DNA of 64,000 bases from Eledone cirrhosa. Its lineage: Eukaryota. Of this stretch, positions 53,604-64,000 are shown piece after piece. The notes below the pieces were generated by a model. That model did no database searches. It saw nothing but the letters and a program-made list of their open reading frames with translations, and had not been told where the DNA came from. Position 1 is the stretch's first letter; every line of letters begins with the position of its first letter. The translations under genes were made by a program, and so were the position numbers. The DNA lies in contig OZ024742.1 of NCBI GenBank assembly GCA_964016885.1, positions 183,520,001 to 183,584,000 on the forward strand, written 5' to 3'.

Positions 53604-54660
53604 GTGCGACGACGCGCTCGGAGAAACTCTAGGCGTAGAGGAGGATGAACTGGCCAGTCTGTTCGGTAAGACCTTCCGCCCGGGACCAATGGACAACTTC
53701 CAAAAGTCCCTGGCCTGACAGTACTACCGAGGAGCTCTAGCAGTTCGAGACAAGCTCTACAGACACGGGCGCCCTGGTAGGGACACTTCGAAAAAGATCT
53801 GTCCGAGATGCGTGCGCGACGAGGAAACCGTCGCGCACGCATTTGTACACTGCCCGGGCGTTACCGACCTGTGGGGCTATGTAGAACGACTATTATCGCG
53901 GGTGGGACCAATCCAGTTGACCACCGAGTCCATTGTCATGATCAAACCACCACCCTCCTTCAAAAACGAGGGAGAGGCGGTTTTCCTATGTGTTATGGCT
54001 ATGGTGAAAGAGGTTATATGGTGGACGAGGTTAAGAGGGCTGAGGTCAGACACCTTTCTCTCCGGCGAGCAACTGATTCGTTTTTCCAAATATCATTTTG
54101 GAAGAAGAATCAGGATGGAGAGAGAGGTGCTGTACCCCAGCACATTTTATAAAAGGTGGGTGAATGTGGCAAAGATGGGCCGAGTGGTTGGGTCTTCTCT
54201 CTCTATAAGCCTGTAGGTTGAGGAAAAAGAGGAAGAGAGGAAGGGAGTACTAACTCTTGGTGCTCCTGGAGATGAGGATTGTACATCTTTTCGGGGTGTG
54301 TACAACCCCTGTCTAACGCCCCCCCCCCCCCTATTGGGGATTTCAATTTTTATTTGTTATTTAATTAATAGTTTTATTTTCATATACCTGCATGTAAACT
54401 CCCATTTGTATTTGTCCCCTTCTTTTGTGCCCTTGTGGCTAATAAAGAAATTTATCTATCTATCAACACGCTCCTGAAGTTGAGGGTTGTTCTATCTACG
54501 GGGTATTAAACAACCCATTTGTGGCGCCTCCCCCCTATTGGGGATTTCGATTATTATAATTGTTTGTTTCAATATTTTTACACGACTGTATGTAAAATCT
54601 CCTGCATGTGTCTTTGTATTGTCCCCTTTTCTTGTGCGCCCTTGTGGCAAATAAAGTCAT
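53604..54660 (+). pseudogene. Tx1/L1-clade LINE 3' end: zinc-binding C-terminus (to 54216), 3'UTR, then a duplicated 3'UTR (~54470-54660)
   Basis: ALAVRDKL..EETVAHAFVHCP..LW..IWWTR motifs; AATAAA ends at ~54441 and ~54650; flanked by (TATC)n. Confidence 0.85.
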
Positions 54661-54840
54661 ATATCTATCTGCCTGTCTCTCTCCCTCCCATCCTCTCTCT
54701 CTACGCACACCCACATATGGAGGGGAAGCGTGCATTCATATATATACTTGTATGTATGAATATGCATAAACATGTGCACTCTGACATGTAGGTATGCTCT
54801 ATGACATGTACATATTACACATCCTTTGTATGATGTATAC

Positions 54841-54937
<97 letters not shown>

Positions 54938-55144
54938 TATACATATACAGTACATATACATATAGTTATCTATTTATTTGTCTATCATATTCCATAGCGA
55001 CATTGGCAGGCAGCTGTAGTTGCTGAAAGAGAACATAGGTTGTCTAAACAATATGTCATATCTGTATGTACATACATATCTACATACGTACAAACACACA
55101 CACATATATATACACACACACACATATATACACACACACACACT

Positions 55145-55189
<45 letters not shown>

Positions 55190-55190
55190 G

Positions 55191-55279
<89 letters not shown>

Positions 55280-55477
55280 ATATATATATATATATATACA
55301 GACACACATTAACTTTGTGATAGCCTATCTGAACAACAATATGTGATAGGGTCTCGTGTGCTTGTCACAATCGTTAGCGTGGCCCACGCTATGCAACAAG
55401 ATTGTCAAAAGCCTTTAGTCAAAACATTACATCGCTTACCCGAAACTTAATGAGACGCTTAAACTGAACGTTTCCGG

Positions 55478-55533
<56 letters not shown>

Positions 55534-55654
55534 TATATATATATATATAAATAAATATATATATATATATATATATACTTCTCGCCTCTTGCCTGCCGTT
55601 CTTCATGTGTGTGTGAGTGTATGCGTGTACATACACATATATGTATACATACAG

Positions 55655-55772
<118 letters not shown>

Positions 55773-55784
55773 ACATATACACAC

Positions 55785-55827
<43 letters not shown>

Positions 55828-56097
55828 TATATATGCATATGTATATAAAAAATAAAAATTCAAAATAAGCAGCGTACAAAACAATGGAAAAAAAAAAACA
55901 CCGGAAAAACGGACAGTCCCATCTCCACAGTCAACCTCTGGAATTCACTACGGTTTCGATTTATTTAAGCCGACACCGTTCATTCTAGTGCACATTGGGA
56001 CATAACAAAGCAAGTAGATCTAGAATACTACAAATGCCGCCTTAGTCTGGCTCACCAATCTAGACCTGTCTCTCTAAACCATTGTATATATGTCATA

Positions 56098-56191
56098 TGC
56101 CGAGGTTAACTTTGCCTTTCATCCTTACGGGTCGATAAAATAAAGTACCAGTAATGTACTGGGTAATTGCTGGCCTTGTGCCAAAAGTAGA

Positions 56192-56197
<6 letters not shown>
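56098..56197 (+). mobile_element. SINE 3' half
   Basis: Matches SINE consensus. Confidence 0.88.
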
Positions 56198-56273
<76 letters not shown>

Positions 56274-56831
56274 ATTTACATATACACAAACTAAACTAAG
56301 TCACAGATATATATGTGTTTTGGCAATCATTCACGATGTGGATCAATGAAGAATTAATAAATTAAATAATCAGAGCAATATACTATAATATATGTCCATA
56401 GAATCATTTGATAATATATATACACCATTTCCTCTCCCAATTAGCATAATTAACCACACAAACATTCAATTAGAACAGGCTATAAGATTAAAAGGCGCCT
56501 ATGAAGAAATAGTAAATAAATAAACTACACCAATCTCTTCGCGGCCAACCGCCATAGAATATTTACCCAACATTTCAACAGGACGTGGAAATCGATTAAA
56601 TATACGGTCAACCATAGAAAATAATCTGTCCTACCGAGTTTGTCTCCTGATGAGTTCGAAGCTCGAGATTTTATCCTTAATAAGATATATCAAAATGCGA
56701 ACGAAACCCAAGAGTGGGGACATAATCCTGGTATGTGTATAAGCATTTCTAACTAATAGATTATCCAGTGAACCTTCAACCGTCAAGGTTGCTTTTCTAA
56801 GGGTATGTCAACATTTATAAAACAAATTTTG

Positions 56832-56896
56832 TATTTTATCTGATGAAAGCGCACCAAAACTGCCTTGGTTGCCCTTGAAATATATATAATAAAATA
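56832..56896 (+). ncRNA. Minimal type I hammerhead (family A, CUGAUGA)
   Basis: TATTTTAT-CTGATGA-AAGcGCACCAA aactgcc TTGGTtGCcCTT-GAAA-TATATA-TA-ATAAAATA. Confidence 0.82.
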
Positions 56897-57146
56897 ATTA
56901 TAGTTATATAAATATAGTTTCCATTTATTAATATATTGAATATTTACTCCAGTAATAACTTTGTGATAGCCTATCTGAACAACAATATGTGATAGGGTCT
57001 CGTGTGCTTGTCACAATCGTTAGCGTGGCCCACGCTATCAGTTATAAAACTTTTAAGCTTGTTGACTCCCAACAAATTAAATATAACTTCTGCATATATA
57101 TATATATGTGTGTGTGTATGTATACATAGATATATATATATATTTG

Positions 57147-57258
<112 letters not shown>

Positions 57259-57269
57259 CATACATATAT

Positions 57270-57385
57270 GGTGGCTGCCAACTCGTTTTTCGAGTACGGC
57301 CACTACTTTATACCCATGTAGGAGAACTCCTACCGATGTCCTGAACGAGTGTGACTTTTTAGTCCAGCCAGCGACTTAAAAACTC
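57270..57385 (-). mobile_element. 3' fragment of the RTE-derived non-autonomous element
   Basis: Matches 62598-62713. Confidence 0.88.
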
Positions 57386-57512
57386 CAATATTTTCACGCA
57401 TTACATTTTACATTGAGTAATATTGAAATGCAGAGTTTTTCTCCATAAAATCATCATTTTCTGACAAAAGAAAAAAATGTGTGAAACGCAGCAGGCGTGG
57501 GTAATTCGGCTA

Positions 57513-57582
<70 letters not shown>

Positions 57583-57754
57583 TAGATACATACATACATA
57601 CATATATTAATTTTTTGGTACCCACCTTTTATACTCCCACCTGTGAGCGTGTGTGTATTTAGTTTGTCTGCCTATAAGTTTATACACACACACATGCACG
57701 TGCATGTATATGCATGCATGTGTTTGTGTGTGTGTATATGTATATGTGTCTATA

Positions 57755-57821
<67 letters not shown>

Positions 57822-57897
57822 CGGAGGAAATGTGGTAAGGAACCAGGTGGACCATAACGCACCAAAGTACTCAATACTTAGGGTAGTAGAGTGGGTA

Positions 57898-58137
<240 letters not shown>

Positions 58138-58138
58138 G

Positions 58139-58169
<31 letters not shown>

Positions 58170-58229
58170 AACGGAAAACATGAAACGAAATTTCATTTCT
58201 CACTCCTAGTACGGCTGATACTTAAATAT

Positions 58230-58344
58230 AAGTATGTATACGTACATACATATATGTATACAGACGTACAGTAGTATGTATATACATATGTATGTATATA
58301 CTACTGTACGTCTGTATACATATATGTATGTACGTATACATACT
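58230..58344. repeat. Low-complexity palindrome
   Basis: CAGACGTACAGTAGTAT / ATACTACTGTACGTCTG. Confidence 0.85.
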
Positions 58345-59305
<961 letters not shown>

Positions 59306-59344
59306 CATATATATATATATATATATTTCATATATATATATATT

Positions 59345-60341
59345 CCAAACACCCTAACAATAGACTACCCGTATTAGACACGGAACTCTGGATTAACACT
59401 ATAGACGAGAGAGCCCAAATTCTCCACTCACATTATGCTAAACCCATGGCCTCCAAATACCTGATACTCAAAAACTCATCAATGTCCAGTCGTGCTAAGT
59501 TTAGTATTCTGATCGCAGATTTGGTACGAGTGATGAAGAATGTGTCCCGCATGTGCGACCCAACAGAAATGGAAAGACACATCCAACACTTCATCAACCG
59601 CATGCAGTTCTCTGGTTACAACCAAAGAGACAGAGTCAGAGTATACAAAGGAGCCACGGAGAAGTATAAGACCCTCATAGAACTGGACATGAAAGGAATT
59701 TGCCCACTATACAGGAGCAAATCATGGAATAGCTTAGATAGGGCTAGACATAAGATAGGGAAAGCCACCTCATGGTACGACAACCAGAGATACCAGAGTG
59801 TCGTGTTTGTGGAAGCTACCCCTGGAGGGAAATTAGCTAACCAGTGTAGAAAGGCCCTGAGAAAGACCACTTAAAGATTAAGGTGGTAAAAAAGCCAGGA
59901 ACCACCCTAAAATCCCTGATCAGCAAAACCTACCCTTTTAAGAAAACCCACTGTACTAATAGGAAATGTATCATATGTAAGGTAAACCCCCGGATAAACT
60001 GTAAAACTAGAAACGTAGTCTATAGTATAAGATGTACAGCGGGTACTTGCAGAAACATGACAACAACATACATAGGCGAGACAGCTCGTAGCATAGGTGA
60101 AAGGATAGACCAACACTGGGGGGAACTAAAAGGACGAAAAAACGGTTCAGTACTATACGAACATGCCAGACAACAACACGACGGTAACATAGACAAGATA
60201 GAAAGTAGAATAATATCTAAACATAGAAATGACCCAGCAGATAGGCAAATCAGAGAGGCCAGTGAAATAGAACTTAGAAGGCCAAGGCTAAACAGAAAGA
60301 ATGAATGGAATAACAACAACACCCAAAACAAACAACACTGA
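59345..60341 (+). pseudogene. Penelope-like ORF 3' portion: RT C-terminus/thumb, Cys linker and GIY-YIG endonuclease, one frameshift near 59870
   Basis: RLPVLDTELW..HYAKPM..FSGY; C..C..C..NCKTRNVVYSIRC..YIGETARSIGERIDQH..S.LYEH..RQIREA..LNRKNEW. Confidence 0.9.
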
Positions 60342-60380
60342 CCTAAGAGATGTATAAATAAATATATATAAATAAATAGA

Positions 60381-60415
<35 letters not shown>

Positions 60416-60482
60416 ATATATAAACTGACTAAATAAAGATGGCGTAGAAAATACAATGCAACGGGAAGAAACAATAGCACCA

Positions 60483-60520
60483 CTGACGATGTTGCAGATG
60501 TGCAACGAAAGAACTTTGAT
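60483..60520 (+). ncRNA. Hammerhead core remnant in the 3' pLTR of the Penelope-like element
   Basis: CTGACGA-tGTTGCA gatg TGCAAC-GAAA; helix I and cleavage triplet not recoverable. Confidence 0.5.
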
Positions 60521-60689
60521 AAACTATATATATGTGTTTGTGTCTATATTGTATCTGTATTATTTTTGACCGTTCGTCAGTCAATGGCAATATTGAGGAC
60601 CGAATAAATTAGATTACCGATATAAAAGACACAGAGTGTTCTGTTATTAATTCTGGCAATATTACACAAATATGACCCTCCCCAAGTAT

Positions 60690-60794
<105 letters not shown>

Positions 60795-60936
60795 AATATA
60801 TATATATATGAATGTATGTATAGTATATTTGGCAATATACCCTATGTTTAATTAAAAATATGTAGAAGACCATACGCTATCAGTTTTAAAGTAGTGACTA
60901 TGTTACTTTCTTATTTTCGGCGAAAGAAAGTAGAGA

Positions 60937-60978
60937 AGCTGACAGTATGTTTCACGCTGGTTGGCGTTCATCAGAGCC
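60937..60978 (-). ncRNA. Minimal type I hammerhead
   Basis: Minus strand GGCT-CTGATGA-ACGC caacca GCGT-GAAA-CA tac TG-TC-AGCT; GUC site. Confidence 0.75.
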
Positions 60979-61043
60979 ACGCACTCCCCTGCTTCCGCCG
61001 AAAATTATAGAAGCTGGATTCTTATAGAATTCCAGTAATAATC

Positions 61044-61112
<69 letters not shown>

Positions 61113-61146
61113 CATATATATATAATCATATATATATATATATATA

Positions 61147-61233
<87 letters not shown>

Positions 61234-61477
61234 ATATGTATATATGTATATATATATATATACATACATACGTACATATATATACATATATACATATATA
61301 TATATACATATATAAATTATATGTATATATATGTATAAATATATACACACACACATATATATATATACATAAATATATATATACATATATACATATATAT
61401 ACATATATAAATTATATCTATATATATATATATGCATATATACGCACACACATATATATATATACATATAAAATGTT

Positions 61478-61508
<31 letters not shown>

Positions 61509-61640
61509 GTGAGGTTTTTTTTACAAAATGAAAAATAACCGAGGTGTCCTACACGAGTGAAAGTATAAAGAAAAAGAGATGAAATCGAAAATGCAACTGG
61601 AGTCTTATTTTTAAAAAAATATATATATATTTATTTGGTT

Positions 61641-61678
61641 CCTTTAACGGTTTCGCAGTTCTTCTGCTTTTCAAAAGG
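61641..61678 (-). ncRNA. Minimal hammerhead, U3-A8 core (second copy of 9985-10022)
   Basis: CCTT-TTGAAAA-GCAG aagaa CTGC-GAAA-CCGT-TA-AAGG. Confidence 0.65.
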
Positions 61679-61726
61679 TGAGTTGAGATGGAGGGTCTGT
61701 GGTTTTTCTCACATCATATATATATA

Positions 61727-61794
<68 letters not shown>

Positions 61795-62048
61795 AATATA
61801 TACATATTTATATATGTGTGTGTATAATTTTTTGAGAGACTTTAATAATTTCTACTTAAGAACAGCCTTATTTTAGGCACTCTTTTTTATAGCTGATGTA
61901 TACATACACCCACACACACGTGTGTGTGTTTGTTTGTATGTACGTATGTATGTATGCGTGTATATATATATATGTATATATTATACATATGTATATACAT
62001 ATGTATATACGCACATACATGCATACAAAAATTTGTGAAATTATAAAA

Positions 62049-63810
62049 CCCCTACCGATGCGACTGTTTAGTCCAGCCAGCGACTTGAAAACTCTGGTAC
62101 AAACACTACACTTGTGACAATTATTGACACATAGTGCTGGGCCCATGGTACCATGTGACGACAAGTGCAGAGAGATCTCCAGATATAAAGCAATGCCTGT
62201 GCCGTGAAGCTTTTATAGTGAGCACTGCACAAAACCAGTCCCACTCTCTTAACCAAGATGATATTTACCAAAATGAAGAACAAGTCAACATCATTGGATA
62301 CCATCAGAGTTGCAGGTGTTATATCAGAGTTTTCCTTCTCAGAATTCTGCCTTGACAAAGGCTAAGGGGTCATCTCTCCCGCTGATTTTGGATGGCCATT
62401 GACTTTTAAGAGGTCCTTTACCCTTTGACAGGTTTTGTTTTTAGTCCTGCAGGATGTCCAAAGTCACCCTCCCCACCAAGAAACCTTGGTGGGGTTGCCA
62501 GTTTAGTCGCCAACGACCCGACCATGGGACAGGTTGTATTGGGATACATGTTACCAGTAGCACCAGCTGGTGACCTAACATACATACATACATACATGGT
62601 GGTTGCCAACTCGTTTTCGAGTACGGCCACTACTTTATATCCATGTAGGAGAACCCCTACCAATGCGCTGAACGAGTGTGACTTTTTAGTCCAGCCAGCG
62701 ACTTGAAAACTCTGGTTAAAACACTACACTTGTAACAATTATTGACACATAGTGCTGGGCCCATGGTACCATGTGACGACAAGTGCAGAGAGATCTCCAG
62801 ATATAAAGCAATGCCTGTGCCGTGAAGCTTTTATAGTGAGAAAAGGCACTGCACAAAGCCAGTCCCACTCTCTTAACCAAGATGATATTTACCAAAAAGA
62901 AGAACAAGTCAACATCATTGGATACCATCAGGGTTGCAGGTGTTATATCAGAGTTTTCTTTCTCCTAGAATTCTGCCTTGACAAAGGCTAAGGGGTCATC
63001 TCTCCCGGTGATTTTGGATGGCCATTGACTCTTAAGAGCTCCTTTGCCCTTTGACAGGTTTTGTTTTTAGTCCTGCAGGATGTCCAAAGTCACCCTCCTC
63101 ACCAAGAAATCTTGGTGGGGTTGCCAGTTTAGTCGCCAACGACCCGACCATGAGACAGGTTGTACTGGGATACATGTTACCAGTAGCACCAACTGGTGAC
63201 CTGACATACATACATACATACATATATACATACATACATACATGGTGGCTGCCAACTCGTTTTCGAGTACGGCCACTACTTTATATCCATGTAGGAGAAC
63301 CCCTACCGATGCGCTAAACAAGTGAGACTTTTTAGTCCAGCCAGCGACTTGTAAACTCTGGTACAAACACTACAGCTGTGACAATTATTGACACATAGTG
63401 CTGGGCCCATGGTACCATGTGACGACAAGTGCCGAGAGATCTCCAGATATAAAGCAATGCCTGTGCCGTGAAGCTTTTATAGTTAGCAAAGGCACTGCAC
63501 AAAGCCAGTCCCACTCTCTTAACCAAGATGATATTTACCAAAAAGAAGAACAAGTCAACATCATTGGATACCATCAGGGTTGCAGGTGTTATATCAGAGT
63601 TTTCTTTCTCCTAGAATTCTGCCTTGACAAAGGCTAAAGGATCATCTCTCCCGCTGATTTTGGATGGCCATTGACTCTTAAGAGCTCCTTTGCCCTTTGA
63701 CAGGTTTTGTTTTTAGTCCTGCAGGATGTCCAAAGTCACCCTCCTCACCAAGAAACCTTGGTGGGGTTGCCAGTTTAGTCGCCAACGACCCGACCATGGG
63801 ACAGGTTGTA
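62049..63810 (-). mobile_element. Three head-to-tail copies of the ~600-bp RTE-derived non-autonomous element separated by (CATA)n
   Basis: Units 62049-62578, 62598-63205 and 63244-63810. Confidence 0.92.
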
Positions 63811-63836
63811 CATACATACATACATACATACATACA

Positions 63837-63867
<31 letters not shown>

Positions 63868-64000
63868 GTTTGTGTGTTGAATGAAAACCACAGGTGGTTA
63901 AGTTGGTCGTGTGACAGGTTTCTGACTGAAATATTAACCAAGTCGCAGCTGTGTGTCATTCGCATGTGATTTCAGTTTCGAGTTCCCTCTCAATGCATGG

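Overview
AT-rich, microsatellite-saturated eukaryotic DNA with no host protein-coding gene that I can support. The dominant tRNA-derived SINE matches what I recall from octopod cephalopods, so the taxon is an inference. The window opens with about 6.1 kb of a 36-bp satellite. It then contains at least 14 SINE copies, a 5'-truncated RTE LINE with an uninterrupted RT + zinc-finger ORF, tandem non-autonomous RTE derivatives, Tx1/L1 fragments, a decayed hAT transposase, MITEs and several Penelope-like (GIY-YIG) remnants. The main signal that the ORF track does not show is RNA structure. By eye I can fold about a dozen complete type I hammerhead ribozymes (HHRs) plus several degenerate ones, from at least 7 unrelated short non-coding repeat families sitting in (TA)n tracts. 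They include an ORF-less element with an 845-nt cleavage-site period and a 180-nt tandem hairpin+HHR dimer, both retrozyme-like. Two families carry the compensatory U3-A8 core (UUGAAAA instead of CUGANGA). Many fold-back palindromes are centred on, or extend, ribozyme helices. All folds were done manually, and no activity or database match has been tested.
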